From Candidatus Eiseniibacteriota bacterium (lineage in GTDB: Bacteria > Eisenbacteria > RBG-16-71-46), in NCBI GenBank assembly GCA_963717935.1, contig CAVQXP010000004.1:160001-224000 (forward strand): a DNA stretch of 64,000 bases, given 5' to 3'. A program made the position numbers and the translations under genes. The notes beneath the pieces were generated by a model. It was not told the DNA's origin, did not search any database, and worked only from the letters and a program-made list of their open reading frames with translations. Below, piece by piece: positions 8,409-23,001 of this stretch (its first letter is position 1; each line of letters starts with the position of its first letter).

Positions 8409-11387
8409 TCACGCACTCCCTCGCTCGCCCGGGGCAGGCATCTCCATCGCCAGCAGGATCAACTGGGTGTCTCCACTCGGGCTGACGATGCGGCGGGCGC
8501 TGAGCAGCAGCTTGATCCGGCCGAGCCGGGGAACGTCCTGCTCCACCTCGTAGCCTTCGAAACTGCAGTCGCGTGGCAGGACCGTCTCCAGCAATTCCCG
8601 CAATGCGGGGATGTCCCACCGGCGGCCCTCCAGTTCGTAGATCCGGCGGCCCACGACCTCTCCCGGCAGGACGCCAAAACACTGGTAGAACGAGCGGCTG
8701 GCAGAGACGATCTGCAGTGCACCATCCAGCACGATGAGCGGCTCGCGCACCGTATCGACGATGCCCTCGGCCAGGTCCCGGGCCACCTGCAGAGCCTCCT
8801 CCACGCGTTTGATCTCCGTGATGTCCACAAACGTCAGCACCACCCCGTCGATCACGTTGTCCACGGTGCGATAGGGCTGGATGCGCGCCAGGTACCAGGC
8901 CCCTTCGGTGGTACGCACCTCGCGCTCGTACGGGACCAGGGTCTCGAGCACCATCTGGGCCGGGGGAAGCAGATCGTCGCCTTCCAGATGGGACTTGATG
9001 TCGGACAGCGGCCGGCCCACGTCCGAGGTGACCAGGTGATAGATCTGCAGTGCATCGCGCGCGAAGTGGCGGATGACCAGGCTGCTGTCCAGGAACATGA
9101 TGCCGACGTTGATGCTGTCGAACAGGTTCTTCATGTCGTTCTTCATGCTGCTCAGCTGCTCGATCTTGGCCTGCAATTCACCATTGACCGTCACCAGTTC
9201 TTCATTGATGGATTGCAGTTCCTCCTTGGACGTCTCCAACTCCTCGTTGGTCGACTGCAGCTCCTCGTTGGTCGATTGCATCTCCTCGTTGGTGGACTTC
9301 AATTCTTCGTTGGAGGCCTGCACTTCCTCCATGCTGGCGCGGAGGGTCTCTCTCGCGTAGGCCAGGTCCCGCTCGAGCGCCTCGATGCGCAGGGCGTCGA
9401 CCGATCTGGCCGCGCGTTTGCCGGCGGGCCTGGCAGGCGCCGCGCCCGCCACGGTCTGGAAGTTCAACAACAACAGGCCATCGACGAAGTCCGGGTGGGC
9501 CACCGGGCGCACGCTGAAGCTCATGGCCTGGAGACCGTCGTCGATCCTGGTCGACACCTCCTGACCCAACGTCGGCGTGCCCAGGCTCGCGGCGGCGTGG
9601 ATGGCGGCGCGCAGCTTCAGTTGCAGCTCCTTGCGCGCCATGTCGACCACGTTGAGCGTTGGCTTGCCGGGCGCCGGGCGCAGGTACTTGCCGGTGTCGC
9701 CGTGCACGTGGAGGATGTTGCCGCTGAGATCCGTGATCAGGGAGGCGGGGGCATAGAACTGGAGCAGCAGCCGGTCGGCCAGTTCGGCGAGGCGGGTCTC
9801 CTTCTTCTTCGTCACGGGCGCATCCGCCGGCCTGCCATCGCCCTGCGCGGCCAGCGGCACGACGTCGGCCCTCACGTGACGGGCGGAGGCATCCGCGCGG
9901 GTGGCCCGGTAGAGCTTCCACTTTCGGTTGAGCGGCGCGAACAGGTCCGAGTGGGTGCCGATGCTCTCCGAGGTCGAGAGGAACAGCACGCCCCCCGGTT
10001 TGAGCGCGAAGTGGAAGGTGGAGAGGAGGCGGTCTTGTTGTTCCGGCTTCACGTAGATCATCACGTTACGGCAGCTGAGCAGGTCCAGATAGCTGAAGGG
10101 CGGATCCTTGATGACGCTCTGGACGGCGAACACCACCATCTCCCGAATCGTCTTCTGCACCCGGTAGCCATCCCCATCCTTGACGAAGAAGCGGCGCAGC
10201 CGCCCGGGCTCGACGTCCTGGACGATGTTGGGCGGATACCTGCCGGCACGCGCCAGGGTGATGGCGCCCTCGTCGATGTCGGTGCCGTAGAGCTGGACCC
10301 TGTGATCCCGCCCGTTCTCTTCCATGAACTCGCGCAGGAGGATGGCGACGGAATAGGCCTCCTCGCCGGTGGCGCAACCCGCCACCCAGGCACGGAGCAC
10401 ATAGTCGGCAGGCTTGCCGGCGAGGAGTTCGGGAAGGACATCCTTCTTCAACGCGGAGAAGGCCTCCGGGTCCCGGAAGAAGCTGGTGACGCGGACCAGT
10501 AGATCCGTGAACAGCGCATGGGCCTCAGCCCGATGCTCGTTGATGTAGCGGGCATAGATCTCCGTATCCGCGATGCCGTGCTGCAACATGCGCCGCTCGA
10601 TGCGGCGGCCGATGGTGCTCGTCTTGTACAGCGAGAAGTCGTGGCCGGTGGTGGAGCGCAACAACATCAGGATGCGACGGAGGCCGGCATCCGCCTCCGG
10701 GCGCGTTTCCACGCGGGCCGCCCGGGCGCGCGCATCGGCCAATATCGCCTTCGGCAGTTCTTCCACGGGCAGGACATGGGTGGCAAAACCGGCCTGAATG
10801 GCGCTGGATGGCATGCCGTCGAATTTCGCCGAGGTCGGCTCCTCCACGAACGAGACGCCGCCGGCGCCGAGGATGGCGCGCAGTCCAAGGGTGCCATCGG
10901 TGCCGGTGCCGGACAGGATGACGCCTATCGCCTGTTCTCCCCGATCCTCGGCCAGGGAACGCAGGAAGGAGTCGATCGGCAGGCGATGCCCGTGCGCCTG
11001 CTCCGGCACGCTCAGTTGCAGGGTGCCGTGGAAGATGGCCAGGTCGCGGTTGGGCGGGATGACATAGATGCAGTTGGGCACCACCGCCATCTGGTCCTGC
11101 GCCTCCACGACCGGCAGGACCGTGCTGCGCTGCAGGATCTCGGTGAGGAGGCTGGCGTGGTGCGGATCGAGGTGCTGCACCAGCACGAAGGCCATGCCGC
11201 TGTCGCTCGGGACCTCGCGAAAGAAGCGCTCGAACGTCTCGAGCCCACCGGCAGAAGCTCCGACACCGACGATGGGAAAGCTCACGGCGTCCGTCTTCTG
11301 CCCTGGTGCTTCGCGCGCTTCCAGCTCGGCGGGGGCGGTCCGGCTCTTCGCCTTCACCCTCTTCTTCTTCACCTTGCTGGTAACCAT
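8409..11387 (-). CDS. CheB methylesterase-CheR methyltransferase fusion with coiled coil and PAS domains
   Basis: GASAGG, QHLDP, LSGTGTDG, VTSFFRD, AGCATGEE, CRNVMIY motifs; STNEELQ heptad repeats. Confidence 0.93.
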   Translation of the reverse strand: MVTSKVKKKRVKAKSRTAPAELEAREAPGQKTDAVSFPIVGVGASAGGLETFERFFREVPSDSGMAFVLVQHLDPHHASLLTEILQRSTVLPVVEAQDQMAVVPNCIYVIPPNRDLAIFHGTLQLSVPEQAHGHRLPIDSFLRSLAEDRGEQAIGVILSGTGTDGTLGLRAILGAGGVSFVEEPTSAKFDGMPSSAIQAGFATHVLPVEELPKAILADARARAARVETRPEADAGLRRILMLLRSTTGHDFSLYKTSTIGRRIERRMLQHGIADTEIYARYINEHRAEAHALFTDLLVRVTSFFRDPEAFSALKKDVLPELLAGKPADYVLRAWVAGCATGEEAYSVAILLREFMEENGRDHRVQLYGTDIDEGAITLARAGRYPPNIVQDVEPGRLRRFFVKDGDGYRVQKTIREMVVFAVQSVIKDPPFSYLDLLSCRNVMIYVKPEQQDRLLSTFHFALKPGGVLFLSTSESIGTHSDLFAPLNRKWKLYRATRADASARHVRADVVPLAAQGDGRPADAPVTKKKETRLAELADRLLLQFYAPASLITDLSGNILHVHGDTGKYLRPAPGKPTLNVVDMARKELQLKLRAAIHAAASLGTPTLGQEVSTRIDDGLQAMSFSVRPVAHPDFVDGLLLLNFQTVAGAAPARPAGKRAARSVDALRIEALERDLAYARETLRASMEEVQASNEELKSTNEEMQSTNEELQSTNEELETSKEELQSINEELVTVNGELQAKIEQLSSMKNDMKNLFDSINVGIMFLDSSLVIRHFARDALQIYHLVTSDVGRPLSDIKSHLEGDDLLPPAQMVLETLVPYEREVRTTEGAWYLARIQPYRTVDNVIDGVVLTFVDITEIKRVEEALQVARDLAEGIVDTVREPLIVLDGALQIVSASRSFYQCFGVLPGEVVGRRIYELEGRRWDIPALRELLETVLPRDCSFEGYEVEQDVPRLGRIKLLLSARRIVSPSGDTQLILLAMEMPAPGERGSA

Positions 11388-11465
11388 GGATCCCCCCTGC
11401 GAGGACGGTGCACTGCGCGTGGGAGGGGCCTCGAGCACATCCGGCTCTCTGGACATCCTACCCCC

Positions 11466-11684
11466 CTACCGGAGGCCATAGAATGGGTTTTCCCAAAGGG
11501 GAACCCGGTGCCCAGTGTCGAGCCCCCCGAGTTCAGCTGGGCTGAACTCGTGTCGGACCCACCACGGCGGGATTCCAGGTCGAGCGGCGCAAGTGCCCGC
11601 TCGACGAAGGATGCCAGCACCACGGTCGCCGCCAGCACTTCGAACGTGCGTTCCCTGTCCAGGTGAAAGAGGTTCGGAGTTCAT
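11466..11684 (-). CDS. Small hypothetical protein (72 aa)
   Basis: ATG preceded by purine-rich GGAGAGGGG; co-directional with neighbours; no recognisable motif. Confidence 0.3.
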   Translation of the reverse strand: MNSEPLSPGQGTHVRSAGGDRGAGILRRAGTCAARPGIPPWWVRHEFSPAELGGLDTGHRVPLWENPFYGLR

Positions 11685-11733
11685 CGGACGTCCCCTCTCC
11701 GTGGCCTGATCACGCGCAACGCGCTCTTGCCGT

Positions 11734-12285
11734 CTAAGCCTCACGCTCTGCCTCGGCCGCCATCTCGTGGACCGGCCCCGCGGCCGCCGTCCCCACCTCG
11801 ACCCGGATCTTGTCGAGGCAGTCGAGCAGCTCGGGGGCGATCGCCGGCCGGGAATCGTCGAGCAGGGGCACGGCGCTGCCGGCAGCGAGCCGAGCGGGCA
11901 TGTTCAAGGCCGTCCCGGGGCCGCCCCGAATCCGGTGGGCCAGCACCAGAAGTTGCTGTTGGACCGGTGCTGAGAGCCGCTCCAGTCGATCGAGAAAGAG
12001 AGTGCCGCCTTCGACGTCGCGAAGCGGATTGACATTGGGAAGGCCGCCGGCAGGCATCAACCAGCCCCGGAGCGCGCACCGGATGGTCGGCTCATCGCGG
12101 CCGCAGTCGAGAGCCAGGAACGGTCGGTCCTGAAGCGGGCTTGCTCGGTGAAAAGCACGGACCATCGCCTCGCGCTCGCGCGCGGTACCACCGGTCACCA
12201 GAATCGAGACCAGGCTGTGGCGATGAAGGCGCAGAAGGCGGGCGGGGGGCTTCGCTGCAGCCCCCCGCTCCTTGGACCGCATCAT
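11734..12285 (-). CDS. Degenerate stand-alone sigma54-interaction (AAA+) domain protein
   Basis: ILVTGGTAREREAMVRAFHRASP..RPFLALDC and GGTLFLDRLERLS mirror bEBP Walker A/B regions; no GAFTGA, no HTH. Confidence 0.7.
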   Translation of the reverse strand: MMRSKERGAAAKPPARLLRLHRHSLVSILVTGGTAREREAMVRAFHRASPLQDRPFLALDCGRDEPTIRCALRGWLMPAGGLPNVNPLRDVEGGTLFLDRLERLSAPVQQQLLVLAHRIRGGPGTALNMPARLAAGSAVPLLDDSRPAIAPELLDCLDKIRVEVGTAAAGPVHEMAAEAEREA

Positions 12286-12623
12286 CGCTTGACGAGGCGG
12301 CCCGCCGCAGCCCTCGACACCGGCAGGCCCGGCCCACGCGGCTCACGCAGGGCCGCAGGCTGGAACCAGAGTGTCGGAGGGACCACGGACAGGAATGGCC
12401 AGGCGGACTGGATCGGCGAACGCAGGGCAGGTCCGTTCCACAGAGCGAAGGCTCCCGGCACGCCCGAAATGGAGGGCTCGTCCGGGGTCGGCGCGAGGCC
12501 GTGGGGTCCCGTGCCGGTGGGCACCTCGGGTATCCCGGTCTGGGCGGCCACCATGGAGGCGACCAGCAGGACACCGACAGGGCAGAACGGCAGCAGGCGG
12601 GTGAAGTCTCGGTCGGTCTTCAT
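12282..12623 (-). CDS. Hypothetical Pro-rich protein with hydrophobic N-terminus
   Basis: AGGAGG RBS; stop overlaps the next start (ATGA); possible signal peptide. Confidence 0.5.
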   Translation of the reverse strand: MKTDRDFTRLLPFCPVGVLLVASMVAAQTGIPEVPTGTGPHGLAPTPDEPSISGVPGAFALWNGPALRSPIQSAWPFLSVVPPTLWFQPAALREPRGPGLPVSRAAAGRLVKR

Positions 12624-12672
12624 GCGGCCTCCTGGTCTGGTCGGGGGACTGGGTCACCGACGACCCCCTTAG

Positions 12673-12687
12673 GCCAGACCTGTGCCG
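12673..12687 (-). promoter_or_regulatory. Candidate sigma54 (-24/-12) promoter
   Basis: Minus strand reads CGGCACA-GGTC-TGGC with correct GG-N10-GC spacing, about 50 bp upstream of the 12623 start. Confidence 0.5.
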
Positions 12688-12712
12688 CATGAATCGCGAC
12701 CGCTGTCTATCT

Positions 12713-12782
12713 CGTAACGTCACTTATTACAACTTGTTACGGTGCTATACAGAAACGCCGCCACGTATAATCCGTGGCGGCG
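12713..12782. promoter_or_regulatory. AT-rich bending region and palindromic candidate enhancer
   Basis: CGTAAC...GTTACG around an AT-rich core; perfect 10-bp IR CGCCGCCACG-N7-CGTGGCGGCG at 12756-12782. Confidence 0.4.
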
Positions 12783-12854
12783 GATTCGCTGTTTTTCATC
12801 GGAACCTGCGACTACGAATACTCCAACAGCAACAATGATAATCAATTCATAGAC

Positions 12855-17858
<5,004 letters not shown>

Positions 17859-18127
17859 CGAAGAGTCCCGCCCTGGTCACTCGCGGTCCTGCAGGATCCA
17901 GCGGCGATACTAGACGAAAGTCTCGCTCGGCGCAGTCGATGTCGTGGAGCCCGACCCGGTCCCCGCTCCGGGTCCGACCAGCGGATTCGAGGTTCCGCTC
18001 ATGCGCCTCTCCCTCGCCACGCCGCCGGCAGGGCGGACAGGCGCAGCCGGAACGCGGTCGTCGGCGGCAGCGATGCGCACGGCGGGCCTCCGCCCGGTCG
18101 GGCGCCGACCCCATGCTATCCTGCGGC

Positions 18128-19902
18128 ATGCGTCGTTCGCTGTCCTGGGCCGCGTTCGCTCTCGCAGCCGTCCTCTCGGGCTGTGCGGCCGGGGGTGACG
18201 GGATCCCCCCGCCCCCGTCGCGTGGGCCCCGCTACTTCGGCAGCGTGCGCCCACCGCGCGGCGACGTGCTGCGCTTCAACAACGGCGCCGAGCCCGAGAC
18301 CATCGATCCGGCGCTCGTGTCGGGCCAGCCCGACGGGCGCCTCGCCCGCAGCCTGTTCGAGGGCCTCGCGACCTCCGACCCGCGCACGCTCGAGCCGCGC
18401 CCGGGGCAGGCCGCGCGCTGGGAGACCAGCGCCGACGGGCTGACCTGGACCTTCCACCTGCGGCCGGGCCTCGTCTGGAGCGACGGCGTGCCGCTTACCG
18501 CGCGCGACTTCGTCTGGTCGTGGCTGCGGGTGCTGCGCCCTGCGACCGCGGCGCGCAATGCCGGCCTGCTCTACGCCATCGCGGGCGCCGAGGACTTCAA
18601 CCGGGGGACCGTCCCCGACTCCTCGCGCGTGGGGCTCTCCGCCCCCGACGACACCACGCTCGTCGTGCGCCTGGCGTCCCCCGTCCCCTACCTGCTCCAG
18701 CTCGCGGCCTACCCGACCTGGCTGCCCGTGCCACGGCACGCGGTCGAGCGCTGGGGCGAGCGATGGACCCGGCCCGGGCACCTCGTCTCGAACGGCGCCT
18801 TCGTGCTCGAACGCTGGCGCCAGAACGACCGTTTCGAGCTGGCCAGGAACCCGCGCTACCGCGACGCGGCGCGCGTGCGGCTCGATCGCGTCGTGGCCTA
18901 CTCCGTGGACGACCTCAGCACCTCGTCCAACCTCTATCAGTCGGGCCGGCTCGACTGGAACACCAGCGGCTACGTGCCCTCGCCCTTCATCCCCTGGCTG
19001 CGCGGCAAGGCCGACTTCCGCAGCGCGCCCTTCCAGGCCGTCTACTTCTACTCGATGAACGTGACGCGCCGGCCCTTCGACGACGTACGGGTGCGCCGCG
19101 CGCTGAACCTCGCGGTGGACCGCGACGCCATCGCGCACGACCTGCTCAAGGGCACGCGCGCGCCGTGGGGCCGGCTCACGCCGCAGGGCTACCCCGGCTA
19201 TCCCGCGCCCGCGCCGCTCCACCACGACCCCGCGCGGGCGCGCGAGTACCTGGCGCAGGCGGGCTTCCCGGACGGGAAGGGGTTCCCCCGGATCTCGATC
19301 CTGTTCAGCACCAGCGAGGACCACCGCCGCATCGCCGAGGCCGTCCAGGCCATGTGGACGAAGGAACTCGGCATCCCGGTCGAGCTGCGGAACATGGAGT
19401 GGGGCTCGACCCTGCAGGCCATGACCACGCTGCAATACGACGTGGCACGGCGCTCGTGGATCGGCGACTACCTGGACCCGGGCACGTTCCTCGAGATCAT
19501 GCGCGGCGGCGACGGCAACAACCGCACCGGCTGGAGCGACGCGCGCTACGACCGGCTGCTGCTCGCGGCCCGGGGCGAGCCCGGGCCGGCGAAGCGCCTC
19601 CGCCGGCTCGGCGAGGCGGAGTCGCTGCTGCTCGCCGACGGACCGGTCATCCCCATCTACCACTACTCGACGGTCGAGCTGGTGAAGCCCTACGTGCGCG
19701 GCATCTGGTCGAACGCCCTCGACACCCACCCGCTCGAGCACGTCTGGATCGACCACGCCTGGCGGCCGGGCTCCGAGGACCGCGCCGCGGCCGCGGAGCC
19801 TGCACGGTCCGCTCGCCGAGCAGAGGCACCATGCGCTCGGCCAGCAGACCGTGTCTGCGCTCCGCGGCCCCCGCGCACCCGGCGCCGGGACGCCGGCCAT
19901 GA
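18128..19902 (+). CDS. oppA: Peptide ABC transporter substrate-binding lipoprotein (3' end uncertain)
   Basis: Lipobox LSGC; EPETIDP, WSDGVPLTARDF, VSNGAF, WIGDY motifs; no stop in frame before oppB, so end inferred from ATGA overlap. Confidence 0.88.
19789..19869. repeat. Palindromic element, family B
   Basis: Long imperfect hairpin whose 23-nt core CGAGCAGAGGCACCATGCGCTCG is identical to 47208-47230. Confidence 0.65.
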
Positions 19903-20816
19903 CCCGCTACGTCGTGCGCCGGCTGCTGCTCTTCGTCCCCACGCTGTGGGCGATCGCGACGCTGACCTTCTTCCTGATGCGCCTCGCCCCCGGCGGTCCC
20001 TTCAACGCCGAGCGAGAGATCCCGCAGGCGGCGCGCGCGGCGCTGGCGCAGAAGTACGGGCTCGATCGACCGCTCGCCGAGCAGTACGCCACGTTCCTCG
20101 TCCGTGCCGCCCGGCTCGATTTCGGGCCCTCGTACAAGTTCCCCACCCGCGAAGTGCGCGAGATCATCGTCGAGGGCTTCCGCGTCTCCGCCGAGCTGGG
20201 CGGCTGGGCGTTGCTGGTCGCGCTGCTCGTGGGCATCCCCCTCGGCGTCATCGCCGCGCTGCGGCAGAACACCGTGGCCGACACCGCCGTCATGGCCACC
20301 GCGCTGGCCGGGGTCTCGGTCCCCAACTTCGTGCTCGGGCCGTTGCTGGTGCTCGCCTTCTCGCTCGGCCTCTACTGGCTGCCGCCCGCGCTGTGGGAAG
20401 GCCCGCAGAGCCGCGTGCTGCCGGTGCTCACGCTCGCAGCGGCCTACGTCGCCTACGTCGCGCGCCTGACGCGCGCCGGGATGCTCGAGGTGCTGCGCCA
20501 GGACTTCATCCGCACCGCGCGCGCCAAGGGACTGCCCGAGCGCGTGATCGTGCTCAAGCACGCGCTGCGGCTGGGTCTTCTGCCGGTGCTCTCGTACCTC
20601 GGCCCCGCCGCCGCGGCGATCATCATGGGCTCGCTCGTGGTCGAGCAGGTCTTCGCCGTGCCCGGCCTGGGCCGCTACCTCGTCAATGGCGCGTTCAACC
20701 GCGACTACACGCTGGTGATGGGCGTGGTGCTCTTCTACGCGGCGTTCCTCATGGCGCTGAACCTGCTCGTGGACCTCGCCTACGCCTGGCTCGATCCACG
20801 CGTGGAGCTGAAGTGA
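19899..20816 (+). CDS. oppB: Peptide ABC transporter permease
   Basis: RLAPGGPF, YGLDRPL, DFIRTARAKGL, LDPR motifs. Confidence 0.93.
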   Translation: MTRYVVRRLLLFVPTLWAIATLTFFLMRLAPGGPFNAEREIPQAARAALAQKYGLDRPLAEQYATFLVRAARLDFGPSYKFPTREVREIIVEGFRVSAELGGWALLVALLVGIPLGVIAALRQNTVADTAVMATALAGVSVPNFVLGPLLVLAFSLGLYWLPPALWEGPQSRVLPVLTLAAAYVAYVARLTRAGMLEVLRQDFIRTARAKGLPERVIVLKHALRLGLLPVLSYLGPAAAAIIMGSLVVEQVFAVPGLGRYLVNGAFNRDYTLVMGVVLFYAAFLMALNLLVDLAYAWLDPRVELK

Positions 20817-20823
20817 GCCGGCC

Positions 20824-21729
20824 ATGAGCGCCACGACCGTGCCCCCTGCCCTCGCCGCCGCTGCCGCCGGCCCGCCGCGCAGCCTGTGGTCGGACGCGCG
20901 GCGGCGTCTCGCCCGCAACCGCGCCGCGGTGGCCTCGGCCTGGCTGCTCGTCTTCGTCGTGCTGGCCTGCTTCGCCGCGCCCTGGCTCCCGGGTCTCGCC
21001 GATCCGGCCGCGCAGGACCTGGGGCTCGGCGCCGCACTGCCCTCGGCCACGCACCCGTTCGGCACCGACGAACTGGGGCGCGACCTGCTCGTGCGCGTCC
21101 TCTACGGCGGTCGCATCTCGCTGCTCGTCGGGCTCGTGGGCACGCTCGTCAGCCTGCTCGTGGGCATCAGCTGGGGCGCGGTCGCCGGCTACGCCGGCGG
21201 CAAGCTGGACGAACTCATGATGCGCACCGTGGACGTGCTCTACGCCCTGCCCAACATCTTCCTCGTCATCCTGCTGATGGTCTTCTTCAGCCGCAGCCTG
21301 CTCATGCTCTTCGTCGCGCTGGGGTTGGTGCAATGGCTGACCATGGCGCGGATCGTGCGCGGGCAGGTGCTCACGCTGAAGCACCAGACCTTCGTCGAGG
21401 CAGCGCGGGCGCTGGGGGCGAGCGACCGGAGCATCGTCTTCCGGCACATCGTGCCCAACACGCTGGGCCCGGTGATCGTCTACACCACGCTCACCGTGCC
21501 GGCCGTGATCCTGCAGGAGGCCTTCCTCTCGTTCCTCGGCCTCGGCGTACAGCCACCCGACGCCTCGTGGGGCACGCTCGTCGCCGATGGCGCCCGCGTG
21601 ATGGCGCTCTTCCCCTGGCTCGTGGTCTTCCCCGGGCTGGCGCTCTCGCTCACCCTGCTGGCATTCAACTTCCTCGGCGACGGCCTGCGCGACGCGCTGG
21701 ACCCGCGGGACGGGCGGCAGGGGCGCTGA
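20824..21729 (+). CDS. oppC: Peptide ABC transporter permease
   Basis: HPFGTDELGRD, FVEAARALGA, LGDGLRDALDPR motifs. Confidence 0.93.
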   Translation: MSATTVPPALAAAAAGPPRSLWSDARRRLARNRAAVASAWLLVFVVLACFAAPWLPGLADPAAQDLGLGAALPSATHPFGTDELGRDLLVRVLYGGRISLLVGLVGTLVSLLVGISWGAVAGYAGGKLDELMMRTVDVLYALPNIFLVILLMVFFSRSLLMLFVALGLVQWLTMARIVRGQVLTLKHQTFVEAARALGASDRSIVFRHIVPNTLGPVIVYTTLTVPAVILQEAFLSFLGLGVQPPDASWGTLVADGARVMALFPWLVVFPGLALSLTLLAFNFLGDGLRDALDPRDGRQGR

Positions 21730-21968
21730 GGGGATCCGGGGGGCCCCGACGGGCCCGCGTGCCGCGCCCGGCGGCGGACCCCCGCCCGCGCCGGGCCCTC
21801 TCGGCCCCAGGTCCATTCCCTGGTCCATTCGGTGGCCCCAGGGTGGCCAAAAGTAGTATACTGAGGCACCCGAAGCTCCCGGCCCGGAGCGCCTGACCCG
21901 GCACGCAGACCCAGGTGGCAGGACCGGCTTCACTCCGATCGACGCCACCGACCGAAGAGGATCCACGA

Positions 21969-22766
21969 ATGAGTCTCTCCCGCGCGCGCCCGAAACCCCG
22001 GGCCGCCTCCCGCCCCACGACGGCCCGCACCCCCCGCGTTCGCATCGTCGTCGCCGACGGCCATGCCATCGACCGCCACGGGCTCGTGAGCCTGCTGCGC
22101 GGTCAGCCGGACTTCGAGATCGTGGGCGAGGCCGCCAATTCCGGCGAGGCCATCGAGCGCTGCGCCAGTCTGCGGCCCGCGGTGCTGCTGCTGACCCTCA
22201 ACCTGCCGGGCGATTCGGGCGACACGGCGCTGCCCGTGATCCACGCCGCCCTGCCGGGCCTGCGCATCCTCGCGATCTCCGAACGTGGGGTGGCCAACTG
22301 CCTCGTCCTGAATCCGCCCGCGCGCTCGCGCCTGGCCGCGTACTCGCAGGTGCACCGGTGCGACGTGGGCACCGATTGCCTGCAGATGGCGATGGCCCAG
22401 GGCGCGCTCGGCACGGTGCGGCGCAGCGCCGAGCCGGACGCTCTGTTCCGGGCGGTGCGCGCGGTGGCGGCCGGGCAGACGTCCTACGAGCCGCGCACCG
22501 GGATGATGTTCGGCCACGACGGTATCGGCGCCGGGACCGACGGCAACCTCGGGCTCTCGGTGCGCGAGATGGATGTGGCGGTGCTGCTGGCCGAGGGCCA
22601 GTCCAACAAGGAGATCTCCGGCCTGCTCAGGATCAGCGAGCCGACGGTCAAGAAGCACGTCGGCCAGATCCTGAAGAAGTTGAGCGTGCAGGACCGGCTC
22701 CAGGCCGGGCTCTTCGTGGCGCGCCACCCGCTGCTCTTCTCGCGGAACGGCGCCTCGTCCGGCTGA
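21969..22766 (+). CDS. NarL/LuxR-family regulator with atypical receiver domain
   Basis: Receiver-like N-terminus; LuxR HTH LSVREMDV..GQSNKEI..TVKKHV. Confidence 0.88.
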   Translation: MSLSRARPKPRAASRPTTARTPRVRIVVADGHAIDRHGLVSLLRGQPDFEIVGEAANSGEAIERCASLRPAVLLLTLNLPGDSGDTALPVIHAALPGLRILAISERGVANCLVLNPPARSRLAAYSQVHRCDVGTDCLQMAMAQGALGTVRRSAEPDALFRAVRAVAAGQTSYEPRTGMMFGHDGIGAGTDGNLGLSVREMDVAVLLAEGQSNKEISGLLRISEPTVKKHVGQILKKLSVQDRLQAGLFVARHPLLFSRNGASSG

Positions 22767-22786
22767 TCCTTCACCGCGACTCCGGA

Positions 22787-22810
22787 GGGGCCGGCTTCCA
22801 GGCCGGCCCC
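22787..22810 (+). terminator. GC-rich hairpin, possible terminator
   Basis: GGGGCCGGC-N6-GCCGGCCCC 20 bp after the stop; weak U-tract. Confidence 0.45.
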
Positions 22811-23001
22811 TTCCATCTCAGGCCGCGGGACTCGGGCTACCACCTTCGGACCGCGTACGGGTCCCTCAGGCCCCTAGCCCGCACGGCTGCGGCGGGCGCA
22901 AGGTCCAGAAGGCAAGTCGGCTGCACGGATCCGCCCATCGCGTCCTCCGTGGGGGAGGTCAGAGATCGGGGTGCCCTTCGTGTCGCGGTCGGCTTGCCCT
23001 T

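Noticed and set aside
9190..9330. 21-bp tandem DNA repeat
   Set aside because: Encodes the normal STNEELQ coiled-coil heptads of CheBR fusions
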